DNA from: a virus
Lineage: Duplodnaviria; Caudoviricetes
IMG/VR virus record: IMGVR_UViG_3300046460_000097
DNA: 64,000 bases
Direction: 5' to 3' (one strand)
Part shown: in pieces, positions 29,201-38,900 of the stretch
Layout: every line of letters begins with the position of its first letter
How positions within the stretch are numbered: the first letter of the stretch is position 1
Program-made: the position numbers and the translations under genes
Notes under the pieces: generated by a model
What the model was told of the DNA's origin: nothing
What the model saw: the letters and a program-made list of their open reading frames with translations, nothing else
The model's database searches: none

Positions 29201-32200
29201 TCAATGTCGATCTTGGCAACGATAGAGTAAGGATAGGGCATTACCCCTGCCAACGTCTGGTGAGTCTGCTTGGCAACCTTCAGCACGTCCTGTGTCTTCG
29301 CGTCGTCGTAGTCCTTCAGGTTCTTGATCTTCACCACATCCAAACAGGCCATGTAGGTGAGGAACACCGGCTTGAAACGACCGTTGAACCATGAGTAGAT
29401 GTCGCCCATTTGTTTCTTGTTACCGGGCTCCGTCACGAACATTTGAAGAACTTTATCCAGAGGAGCGCTCTTCGACAACGATGCACGAGCATTACCGATG
29501 ACCACATGGTCAGTCAGCATTTCCTCGATTTGCAGGATCTTCTTGGCCAGATCAGAATCAGGATCACTGATACCGTATTGCGCCATCCGGATTTCGTACT
29601 GCTTACCCGAACCACGCGTAACGTAGCGATAGATCCCGTAGCCAGCCGCGGCGATACCCAGCGCAGCCAAGGTGTAAGGGTTGAACAACAGAGGAGCCAG
29701 CATACCGGCACCTGCGGTTAATCCACCCCAAGCCATCCCTGCACCAGTAACGGCAACAGCACCTAGATCGACACCCACCACACCCGCAACAGCAGCAGCT
29801 GTTTGATAGGCACCGTAAGCTGTAGCAGCATCTCCAGCGAACCCTGCTACCTTATCGATAGCTCCGCCTTCATCGATGACACCCGAGCTTGCCAGCGCAT
29901 CTGTGGCCATGCCTACGGCCATACCAGCACCGAGCCACTTACCGCCACGCATCACACGACCGCCAGGAGTCTTGCGCTCAGCCGAACGAGCAGCCTTCTC
30001 TTCCTTGGTACGCTTCTTCTTCCGCAGGGTATCTGTAAAGTCACCCATGCCCTCACCCAGACTCCGTGTCTTCAGTAAGGTAAAGATCCCCTTGGCCACA
30101 GCTGTAATGCCTGTAGCGATCATTGGGAGCGTTCTGATACCGATGGTGCTGAACCGACCCAGACTTTTCCACCACGACTTGGCAAAGAACTTCGTGAGGA
30201 AGGAAGTGACACTGAAGAGACCACCGGTGATAGCAGCGATACCGCTACCAATCAAACCAAAAAGACCCATGCCGGCTTTCTTCTTGGCTTCTTTACCCGG
30301 ACCACCAGCACCCAATGCACCTGCGATGTTGATGATGGACTCGTCACGCTTCGTAGCCAGTGCTTCCTTAGCCTGAAGTGCCAAGTCTGCAGCCGAGTTG
30401 AGACGGAGACCTTCATGGCCTTCACCTTTACCCATACCTGCCGCGCGCTGGTCAGCGAGTTTGGAGAACTCACGGAAAGTACCCGGACCGTTCTTGAAGC
30501 CACGGTCTTCTTCCTCACGGCGAGCGATCTCCTCTGGCGGAACCTCGTTAGGAGGAGTTACCGGCATAGGTGGAACGACAGGCGCTACCACCGTAGGAGC
30601 AGAAGCTTCAGGAGGCGACGTAGGAAGGCCCTTAGGGCGGAACACCAACGGAGGTGTAGGCTTGGATGCAGCCACTGGTTTAGGTACCGGAGCCGAGGCT
30701 ACAGTTGCTTCTACCGGTGGAGTCACAGCCGACGGAGTAACAGGCGCTACAGGCGCAGTAGCTGCAGTCGATTCAACTGGAGGAGGTGGTGCCAGTTCCT
30801 CATGGGCATAACCCCAGTGCTTCAAGAGCAGGTGATAGATACGATCCACCGAGTTCACGATAGGAGAGTAGTCAGCCTTGAAAGCGCCAGCCACTTTGTC
30901 CTTAGCACCCGCCATGTGAGGAGCGGCCTTCGCCTTAACCTTCGCCATGAAGTCCATGCTGAGTTTGCCAAACCGACGAGAAGCTTCGCCCAGCTTGTTA
31001 ACACTCACACCCATGGAAGTCTTCAGACCACGATCATAGTCTTCCTGAGTAATCAGTACTTGACCATCTTTATCGTAAACAGGCCCGTCGATCTCGTTCC
31101 AACCGTTGATCTGTACCGCGTAGCCGTCTTCCCCACGCTTCCAGTATTCACCCAATGCAAACTTGGTGCCTGCCAGAATTGGAGACTCGTCCCCTTCCTT
31201 GTACACGTCCATCTGGTAGAAGCGGGTGACCAGCTTATTCTTCAGCGCAATAGCTCGACCGAATGGATCGATGAACTTAAACGCCTTGATAGCCAGATCT
31301 CGTACTTTACTCAGCCCATTGAGGAACACTTCCTTGTTCTCTTTGGTGAAGAGTTTAGCCGCTAAACGACGAGCGCCGATAAAGACTTTGGTAGCGTTAT
31401 CCCACACACTGCCGCTGATCTCTTTCCAAGAGGTAATGATCGTGCTCTTGGTAGCGTCGTAGTAATCCTTACGCTGCAGCTTCCATGCCTCCAGAATCGG
31501 TTGGTCGGCACCTTCTTCATAAAGGTCTTCCGAGTCCTCTGCTGCACGGGCATTCGCCATACTGCGGATCTTGCCGTAAGCCAGAGCTGCCGCGGCACCA
31601 CCACCGATCAGCGCTGCCGCTTTAGGGTTGTGGAACGCCATGGTAGCCAAGCCACCCAACAAGCCGCCCAAGATCAGAGGTTCGTGGTCCAGGAGTTTGT
31701 CGACCCCATTGTTGAACATGTCCTTAAAGTTGGTTTCACGCAGACGATCGATGATGCCACGTTTTGTAGCGTTAACTTCTTTCTCTTCCTGACTCGATTC
31801 CCGCTTGCCGGGTTGGTTGTTGAGCATGCGAGTCAGGATATCGTTGCGAGTACCTGCCAGCGTGATCAGTTCGGCCACACGCTCGTTGAGGTCGGACACA
31901 CCTTTGCTCAGAGGAGCCATGTCCATCGCTTGGTTCATCGGGTGGTTTTGACCCAACCCAGCGATAGCAGCCTTCAGATCACCAATACTGCCTAGCGATT
32001 CTGTCAGCTTGTCCATCCCTTGCACTTTGATGCCATCAGGACCGACCTGAGAGTCGTCAGACGCTCTTTTAGGATCCGTGATAGGGCTCAGGCTCGGGTT
32101 GTGGTTACCGCCGAATGCACGCGACCTCAGAGGCACCAAGTCTTCTTCAACAATAGCAGGACGGTATTCGGGATTAGCGATGAAGTTGCTCATCGTGTTC

Positions 32201-34338
32201 CAGAACAGATCCATGTTGACATCATCGCGACCGAACTCGTCAGTAGTGATCAGACCAGCTTCCTTCAAAGCGTCGTAGCTGCCGTTGCTTTTCAGCAGGT
32301 CCATCCGTTTGGTCATGTCAGGAACAATGTTCCCCAGACTACGGTTAGCATCCGCTACACCCACAACTTTTGCACGGGCCTTCTCGGTAGGCAACATGCC
32401 AGCCATGCCGATACGGTCGAGGTCAGTACCGTCCCTGAACTGGGTAATGTGGTCGTCGGTGATGTCGAACTCAGCCTTCATTGCACGGCGGATCTCGGCA
32501 GCAATCTTCGGAGAGGTGATTCCCTTCTCATCCAAGTTCATGAAGCGATAAGGAACGAACGCCTTGTTCTGGTCAGCGTCCTTAATCAACTGGAGCGACA
32601 GAACCTTCTTGGCCTCAGGGCTCAAACCGCTGTTACCCGCGATGCTATCTGCAAGGTTGTTAGCTGCTTGGGCGGCTGGCGCGAACTGGTTGTGGTCCAA
32701 CACCAAGTTAGTAGCACGGGCTACCTTCTGTTGATGGGTATTGAAACGGCTTCGGGTATAGTCGTAAGACCACGCCTTCATTCCGTCATCACCAGTACGG
32801 AACTTCTCGATCGACAAGTGAATCTGACTCAGCCATTGCGGCAGGATCTCGTTCAGTGTGCGGTCGCTGCGACGAGTCCACAGTTGCTGCTCGTGCATGT
32901 CCTCCAGTGTACGCCCTTCCAGCGAGTAGCGAGAACCGCTGCTGTTCCAGGTGTTGCTGTAAACGTGACCCAGTCCTTTGTTAGCTGTGCTCTTCAGGGT
33001 CTTGAGGATGTTCCACTCAATCTTGCTGATTGGCTTCTTACCGGCCGGCAGGGTTGCGAGGTATTCATCATAGTCCACGACTTCGTTGTATTCGAAGCCG
33101 CCGTTGTAGAACTCGGACAAGCTGTTGGCTAAGCCTTCAGCGTTACCCGTTGCATAGGACGCAACGTTACCCAAGTCTTCCAAACGTTTGTAAGCGTCTT
33201 CAGCCCACTTGGCAAAAGCAGGGAATTGCTTCTTGAACTTGCCGAGGTATTCTTGACCTTTGTTCGACTTGAACATACGCGGCAGGTTGTTGAGGAAGAT
33301 CCCCGCTGCTGCGTTACCCAGCATGTCGCCCATGTTGATAGGCGCGCCTTCGGTCATCTCAGAAGCCATGCGCAGACTGCTGGCTACGTCAGCAATACCA
33401 CCTACCGCACCTTCGCGAGCATCCTTACCGAAACGCTCGTTAATGAAGTCAGAGATACCACCGAACTTGCTCTTGACCGTACTGAACACTTCATCACGCA
33501 AAGCTTTACGAACAGCCTGACTGTGAGAGGTCTTCTCGTAGTCGGACATCTTCGAGAACTTGCTGATGTCTTTCAATTCAGCGATGAGACGGTGCTGTGC
33601 AGCTTCCTGGAACTTGAAGTACTTAGCCTGAGTCAGGTAGGTACGAGTCGCCACGTTCAAATGCATGGCATCTGTACGAGCCTGCACACGACGCTGATGA
33701 TCGAGCAACTGTTCCAACAACTGGTTACTGCGAACGACCGTACGGCTGATGGCGCCGATACCAGCGATCTGGCGACCACCAATCTCGTTCATCATGCCAA
33801 TCGTACGATCGGCCACCATGGTCATCGTATCGCGTTCGAGCAGGGAGTTAGCGTCTTCGTTCTGAAGTTGTGCTGCTACCTCTTCCTGACTAACGTCGCC
33901 ACCCATGGAGGGAGCATCAGGACCACTCGAATAATCGCGCTTTTCCCAGTCACTGAAGTCGTGTTCTGAGAACTTATATAGCCCATCGGAGATTTTATTA
34001 GGGGTGCCTTTAGCTAACTTGTCCGCACCACGTTTTGCCAGGTACTGGAGATCCTGTACAGTTTGATAACTGTCCCCTTTAATTTCCTCCATGACCTCTT
34101 TGCGACGATCATTGAGTTGCTGCACGTTACTGAAGGCACTCAGCCAGGTGTTAGGCAGTGCCATCTTGAGTGTGTTGATTTTGGCGTCAGTGTCGCCGAC
34201 GGATTTGCTGACGATACCGGACAAGAAACCGGTAGTGAAGCTACGGATAAACCCTTTCTTAGGCTTATCGAAATCGTCATCAAAGTCTAGATCGCCACCG
34301 AAGGGATCATCATCCCATTTGAAATCATCATCGGCCAT
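26221..34338 (-). CDS. Tail-associated lysin/tape-measure-like protein (phiKZ gp181-like) with GH19 and M15-type domains
   Basis: 2705 aa; acidic N-terminus, several Gly/Ala-rich hydrophobic segments, GH19 motifs (YETGG..K.VENM.Y; GDGWKYRGRGFVQLTGRE.Y), SKHAVGLALD and GGHVHV motifs. Confidence 0.88.
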   Translation of the reverse strand: MADDDFKWDDDPFGGDLDFDDDFDKPKKGFIRSFTTGFLSGIVSKSVGDTDAKINTLKMALPNTWLSAFSNVQQLNDRRKEVMEEIKGDSYQTVQDLQYLAKRGADKLAKGTPNKISDGLYKFSEHDFSDWEKRDYSSGPDAPSMGGDVSQEEVAAQLQNEDANSLLERDTMTMVADRTIGMMNEIGGRQIAGIGAISRTVVRSNQLLEQLLDHQRRVQARTDAMHLNVATRTYLTQAKYFKFQEAAQHRLIAELKDISKFSKMSDYEKTSHSQAVRKALRDEVFSTVKSKFGGISDFINERFGKDAREGAVGGIADVASSLRMASEMTEGAPINMGDMLGNAAAGIFLNNLPRMFKSNKGQEYLGKFKKQFPAFAKWAEDAYKRLEDLGNVASYATGNAEGLANSLSEFYNGGFEYNEVVDYDEYLATLPAGKKPISKIEWNILKTLKSTANKGLGHVYSNTWNSSGSRYSLEGRTLEDMHEQQLWTRRSDRTLNEILPQWLSQIHLSIEKFRTGDDGMKAWSYDYTRSRFNTHQQKVARATNLVLDHNQFAPAAQAANNLADSIAGNSGLSPEAKKVLSLQLIKDADQNKAFVPYRFMNLDEKGITSPKIAAEIRRAMKAEFDITDDHITQFRDGTDLDRIGMAGMLPTEKARAKVVGVADANRSLGNIVPDMTKRMDLLKSNGSYDALKEAGLITTDEFGRDDVNMDLFWNTMSNFIANPEYRPAIVEEDLVPLRSRAFGGNHNPSLSPITDPKRASDDSQVGPDGIKVQGMDKLTESLGSIGDLKAAIAGLGQNHPMNQAMDMAPLSKGVSDLNERVAELITLAGTRNDILTRMLNNQPGKRESSQEEKEVNATKRGIIDRLRETNFKDMFNNGVDKLLDHEPLILGGLLGGLATMAFHNPKAAALIGGGAAAALAYGKIRSMANARAAEDSEDLYEEGADQPILEAWKLQRKDYYDATKSTIITSWKEISGSVWDNATKVFIGARRLAAKLFTKENKEVFLNGLSKVRDLAIKAFKFIDPFGRAIALKNKLVTRFYQMDVYKEGDESPILAGTKFALGEYWKRGEDGYAVQINGWNEIDGPVYDKDGQVLITQEDYDRGLKTSMGVSVNKLGEASRRFGKLSMDFMAKVKAKAAPHMAGAKDKVAGAFKADYSPIVNSVDRIYHLLLKHWGYAHEELAPPPPVESTAATAPVAPVTPSAVTPPVEATVASAPVPKPVAASKPTPPLVFRPKGLPTSPPEASAPTVVAPVVPPMPVTPPNEVPPEEIARREEEDRGFKNGPGTFREFSKLADQRAAGMGKGEGHEGLRLNSAADLALQAKEALATKRDESIINIAGALGAGGPGKEAKKKAGMGLFGLIGSGIAAITGGLFSVTSFLTKFFAKSWWKSLGRFSTIGIRTLPMIATGITAVAKGIFTLLKTRSLGEGMGDFTDTLRKKKRTKEEKAARSAERKTPGGRVMRGGKWLGAGMAVGMATDALASSGVIDEGGAIDKVAGFAGDAATAYGAYQTAAAVAGVVGVDLGAVAVTGAGMAWGGLTAGAGMLAPLLFNPYTLAALGIAAAGYGIYRYVTRGSGKQYEIRMAQYGISDPDSDLAKKILQIEEMLTDHVVIGNARASLSKSAPLDKVLQMFVTEPGNKKQMGDIYSWFNGRFKPVFLTYMACLDVVKIKNLKDYDDAKTQDVLKVAKQTHQTLAGVMPYPYSIVAKIDIDTPIMGEKITVIKVNNLLEELRVYIDRKTEGEDKGTVVTAMGAGALQAEKAKLEAQLADPRKAFANEEDPGGARLEAKKRLAAIDGQLQQLNTTYKVAPAVAQVFIKDMLPDDRPVDLLTGIRLACYGNDQDLLWRVEAVLKLERYCESLFVISGDKIEFKGLVGDIFGLFKESFRLDKGDADDWCLWFRDRFIPVMSSYISAMQAYRKGLPGAVWKTLSVTARYEIARKLIETQVEISGWFSNTSTSIWNVRASPFKDGTSPDKSAKVERMLNLLGEASVTAKMKDPEGEAGKTSTQAWANTISPHKTGGGFTEKQANTQTADQAKSTRDVALGGMYGTNTTRGAGTGNTYNQLGAYQTPENKYGYKPLTGSSDTSHLDLSGVRPADGGDDHGVKVPKNLAEQLIIREMLKQGFTDPRAIAEMLALTNYETGGYSKTVENMKYTSPENLVKTFKEVTNIDQARQLIQAGEVAIANTVYGGGKGQSLGNKAPGDGWKYRGRGFVQLTGREKYAKIGQQLGIDLENKPELASNDPNVMAAIAVNFYKNSKLLQSITQSGDFGTAATGLNGGNQLPGMPKRFALYTDYLKQLQSGSLKADEESAAGTNASASQTAGSMYGGGAPSGGGSSAGGGSAPMIGGNTPSMGAAPGGGLRNSSAYGTPPSMIAPGGNPDGGSYGGGGGEGTSLVGGGVGINNGGLRLKSSETIAGGPSHPAITRLASIIQSRVQNFKQFTALNDAYHRNKKPNSKHAVGLALDFTLTNGINGSDQAVGVVNEILRSAGMVPADFLIINEYRKASAGATGGHVHVGFKSKEAADKYAAAAGANQENGQDTLPGGTGAEPQAEAAPSGMPSAPPDTSTVATPEMIKAAAENAKQPLVNGNAVASIDGYTGLPLPNGGAPRAPQQQPMPEGYGKSPGAPKTYDQVTQPNQTPLPLPGPSYKESPVVEQQPVGEAVAAVMQPLGEQQNALLKAIHEQLLQINSNGKPTGPSVTV

Positions 34339-34364
34339 CTTTAACTCCTAAGGGAAAAATTGTA

Positions 34365-35984
34365 ATGAAACCCACGAACCTTACGTTACTGGACTTTAAC
34401 AAGATTGTACCGGGTGTTTATAAACCCGTTACGTCCACTGACGCGTTTGAAGGCATGACCCAGAACCTCAACGACGAGGGGCTGTATTCCATCGAGATCT
34501 TTGGTAAGTTGGGCAGCAAAGAGCGCGACGAAACCGAAGCGTACATTGATACCAAGTTGGATATTTTCAACCCGACGTACTTCGGGGCACTGGCTCAAGT
34601 TAAGGGTCTCTACCTCGGAATTCTCAAAGGGACGGAATACGCGGTATGGGATCCGGAGACCAAGGATTTCATAAAATCCAACCTGCTGGAAGGCGAGACT
34701 GGGTTCAGTTTCTTTATTAAGCACTTTAACAAGTTGACACCGTCTACCACCGATTCCTATAAACGGAAACAACGGGTAGCCTTGATCAGCCGTTTCAAGC
34801 CAGTGGCGCTGGCGCCTAAGGTATTGGTGCCGCCTGCTGGCCTGCGCGACATCGAGTTCCAGCCTAACGGGGTTCCTGTTGAGCCTGAGATCACCGAACT
34901 CTACCGCAAGCTGTTGTTCCGTACTCGCGTAGTATCGTTGAGCAGCAACGGTGAAGATTCTGAGAACCCTCTGTACGATACTGTGCGTTGGGGTTTGCAG
35001 AACTCTTATAACGAAATCGACCAGTACATCTTCAGCCTGCTGGACGGCAAGGGAGGTCTGATGCAACGCCGGGTTTCTACTCGTGGCGTGGTGTCTGGTA
35101 CCCGTAACGTTATTACCGCGCGTAAGGTCTCCAGACCGAATCTGTTCCAGACCAACGGGGTTGACCCTAACACGACCGACATCGGGCTGTATCAGGCTCT
35201 CCTGAACTTCCAGTACGTCTGTATCCATGCACTCCTCACTCGCTACCTGGAAAACATCTTCACTCCGGGTTCACAAAGTGTGAAGTTGGTGAATACTAAA
35301 ACGCTGGAGTATGAATATGTTGAGGTGGCACCTGCTGTCGTCGAGAAATGGTCAACGGCTACGGGCCTGACCAAACTCTTCAACGGGTTCGGTAACAGCC
35401 GTCTGCGTTCCAAGCCTATTATGATCAGCGGCCACTATCTGGCACTGGTTTACGATGATGGCACTGACGTTTGTGTCCTCAACGACATCAACGACCTGCC
35501 AGAAGGTAAGGACAAGAAACTGGTTACTCCTATCACGTATATGGAGTTGTTCTACCTGTCCTGTCACAAGACCATCATGGAACAAGTGACACAGCAGACT
35601 CGTTACCCCGTAATTGGTATCGGTTCGATTGTACCGGCTAAGGTTAACCTTCTGACTATTGAAGGCGCCAGCACTCGGAACATTCGTACCACTGATTGGG
35701 ATATCAAGGAAACCTGCACTCGCTACCCGCACAAGACTGACAGTCCTGATTACTTCGACGCCATGTCGGTTGACCCTACTCGTGAAGCCGGTTACGACTC
35801 CGACCACGACGGTGACCAACTGAACAGCAACAGCGTCTGCGGTGAAGACAGCAAGGCCCAAGTACATGACCTGCTGGGCAAGCGCGAATACTACATCAGT
35901 GGTAGCGGTCGTTTCCTGTATGACCCTGTCAACGAACCCATTTTGTTTATGCTGAAGGCCGCCACCAGCGGTATGGAGGAATAA
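34365..35984 (+). CDS. rpoC: Virion RNA polymerase beta' subunit, N-terminal fragment (phiKZ gp180-like)
   Basis: 539 aa; GLYSIEIFG, VPPAGLRD, TRYPV and catalytic D-S-D-H-D-G-D motif. Confidence 0.9.
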   Translation: MKPTNLTLLDFNKIVPGVYKPVTSTDAFEGMTQNLNDEGLYSIEIFGKLGSKERDETEAYIDTKLDIFNPTYFGALAQVKGLYLGILKGTEYAVWDPETKDFIKSNLLEGETGFSFFIKHFNKLTPSTTDSYKRKQRVALISRFKPVALAPKVLVPPAGLRDIEFQPNGVPVEPEITELYRKLLFRTRVVSLSSNGEDSENPLYDTVRWGLQNSYNEIDQYIFSLLDGKGGLMQRRVSTRGVVSGTRNVITARKVSRPNLFQTNGVDPNTTDIGLYQALLNFQYVCIHALLTRYLENIFTPGSQSVKLVNTKTLEYEYVEVAPAVVEKWSTATGLTKLFNGFGNSRLRSKPIMISGHYLALVYDDGTDVCVLNDINDLPEGKDKKLVTPITYMELFYLSCHKTIMEQVTQQTRYPVIGIGSIVPAKVNLLTIEGASTRNIRTTDWDIKETCTRYPHKTDSPDYFDAMSVDPTREAGYDSDHDGDQLNSNSVCGEDSKAQVHDLLGKREYYISGSGRFLYDPVNEPILFMLKAATSGMEE

Positions 35985-35988
35985 CGGT

Positions 35989-38900
35989 ATGCAGCAACCT
36001 ATTGAACTGAGAGGTTTCTTGCAGTCTGTAGCCGGGTTGGAGTGGTTAGACCAACCCTTGGGCGTTGCTTGCCCTCTGGCTGCTGTGACTGGCAGTGAAG
36101 CACTGGCTCAGTACGCAATGTTCTACAAAGCGTTTGTACAACGCAAGAAGCAAGAGTTGGTATCGCCTAACTTCATTGGCATCGGTGAGATCATTCTCCC
36201 ACGGGCTTCGTTGGTTCATTACTTCCCGGCTAACCCTCTGGAAGTAGGTCCTACCACTTCTGAAGCATTCATCAGTAACTATCCTGATGATGTGTTCGTC
36301 GAGTTCCCTACACACTTCACTCCGGTAATTGGTAGTGGGCGTGCGGTGGCCATTGAAGTCCGTAAGGTTATCCAGGGATATCGTGCGAGTCATTACACGT
36401 ATAACTGGACCAAGGACATCGGTACCGTTTACAATAAAGACAAAGTGTTGATCGTCAAGACTTACGGTCTGATCGACAAGATGTGGGTTGCTCGTCCTTC
36501 GATGTTCATTAACTTCGAGCGACACTACAACCGTTATTCGATGCTGATGGATAGCATCAACGCAGAAGCTGTTAAGGGTAAGCGTAAGCAGTTCTTCCGT
36601 ATTGACCTGCCGTTGCACCTGCCTAGCTTCAGTGAACTGTTGATCGATTACGATCACTACATCGAAAGCTTTAAAGACGGCATTCCACATGCCAGTAACA
36701 AAACCGTTCGCTTGACCAAAGCAGAAAGCTCGTATTGGTTGATGGACTGGATGGCCTACCTCTTCGGGGATACCGAGTACAGCTTGTTCGGCAAGTTGAC
36801 TCCTGAAGCCATCGACAGCATGCACCTGATCTTTGCTTTCAACAGTCGTTCCTTGGTGCTGCATCTGGGTACGCTGAAAGGCTGGTTGGACGAACTGCTG
36901 GAAAGCAAGTACGCACCAAAGGAAGGTAAAGGTCCCGAGAGTCATCGTGCAGGGCATCCAAAGCGTCTGAACGTGTCTAAGCGGGTTTACCTCGCATTGT
37001 TGAACCTCACTCGTGGTGGCATTAGTGAAGGAGAAGTTGTAAAGGAGGAGGAAAATGTCAGAGAAGGAGAAGAGGCCGAAGCGTCTGGCTCTGTGGCTGC
37101 AGCAGCGAAGGGATCTGAGAAAGGAAAAGGACGAGCATCCAGCGAAGGAGGAGGGGGCAAAGTTTCTGGCAAGATTGACACTGCCCCAACTGTTTCTGGT
37201 GGTGGCTCTATCCTTGATGTTCTCGATCCTGTTCAAAGAGTGGACAGCGGAGATGCTGAAGGGACCGGACAAGAGGGAGACGCAAGCGATCCTGAGAGCG
37301 TTGAGGAATGGACATCCCATGTAGATGACACTCTACTGGAACAAGAGTCCACTGTTACCGAAACCTCTACCGCCAAGGATCCGTTCCCTAAGCTGGAGAG
37401 TGGTATCTCCGCAGCTCTTGAAGAACGTGCACGTGATGGCGTCCTGACGGTTGCTGAGCAACAGTTCTTCATGCGTAAGGGTACCCAAGTCTACAAGATC
37501 AAGATGGAGAACGGCCAGACGCTGGCTGAGTTCATTGAGATCGACGACAAGGAACTGAAGACCCTCAGCAGTGACGCCAAGATCGAAGGTAACTTCCCCA
37601 CTATTCTCGATGAGAGTATGTTGGTGAGTCGTGCCAAGGTATTGAAGCAGGGCTATGTGGATAAGTTCCTCCACAAAGATACTGCTCGTATGGTTGTCAG
37701 TATTCAGAACGCTGGCTTTGCTCTCAACGATTTCAAACACACCATTGTTTCCGGTGTTGAAGGTTCCTATGACGTCTATGGGTTCCAAGTTCATCATGTT
37801 GATGGCGAACAATCGACTCACCAGATCCGCATGCCTCGCGTGGGCAAGGATGGTGCGTTCATGGTCGACGGCGTTAAGACCCACCTCCAACTGCAACGGA
37901 TGGAGCTGGTGGTTCGCAAGATTGGTAAAGACAAGGTTGCACTGACCACCCACTACGACCGTAAGCTGATGATCTCTCGCAGCAAGAAGGTAGTAGACGA
38001 CCTAGGTCTGTGGATGGTCAAGCAAGTCCTCCTGAAGGCCTCTGTGGCTGCGAACGGGATTACCTTGAGCCGTGGTAGCGGTTACAACAAAGACTTGGTC
38101 AGTCCGCGTATCTACAGCCTCTTTGCCACCAAGTTCCAATGGATCGCCAAAGGTGACATTACCTTGGACTTCCGCATCGACAAGTTGCTGGAAGAGTACC
38201 CTCAGTTCAAGAAGTACACCAAGCAGGACATGTTCCTTATTGGCGTGAAGGACAAGAAGCCGTTGACCATCGACAGTTACGGTAACCTGTACCTGGACGA
38301 GAAAGAGTTCAACACCATTGAAGGTCTGCTGGATATCCATGGCGCCAAGACTCCTAGCGAGTACGCCGTGATCAACATCAGCGGTTACCCGTTCCCGATG
38401 GGTGTTGTGCTCTGCTACTACTTTGGTATTGATGAGCTGTTAAAGGTTATCAAAGCGGAAACTCGCTCGGTGCCTATGGGTACCCGTCCGAAGTTGGGGC
38501 CTGACGAATATTCCATCCAGTTTAACGACGAGTATCTGATCTTTAACCGTCGTGAGAAGCTGACCACCTTGATCTTCGGTGGCATGCCTAAGTTGACCAA
38601 CATCAGTAACTTCAGTCGAAGTGACCTGAACAACAAAGGCATTTGGGGTCCTTTGATGGGGGATCCGAAAGTCCGTCCACAACAGTTCTTGGAAATGAAG
38701 AACCTCTACGACATGTTCATCGACCCGATCTCCAAAGATCAGTTGAAGCGCATGGGGTACTCCACTTCCTTCCACCACCTGCTGATTGACGCTACGAAGC
38801 TGCTGGAGACCGATTACACTCGACACGGTGTAGAGATCGAGGAACAACGGGTCGTTGGCTACGAGCGCTTTGCGGGGCACATGTACCGTGAGCTGGTGAG

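Noticed and set aside
37655-37945. Second +1-frame ORF inside RNAP beta (and other same-strand frame-shifted ORFs such as 24872, 30252, 47559)
   Set aside because: No convincing RBS, no codon anomaly in the host frame, composition typical of off-frame reads
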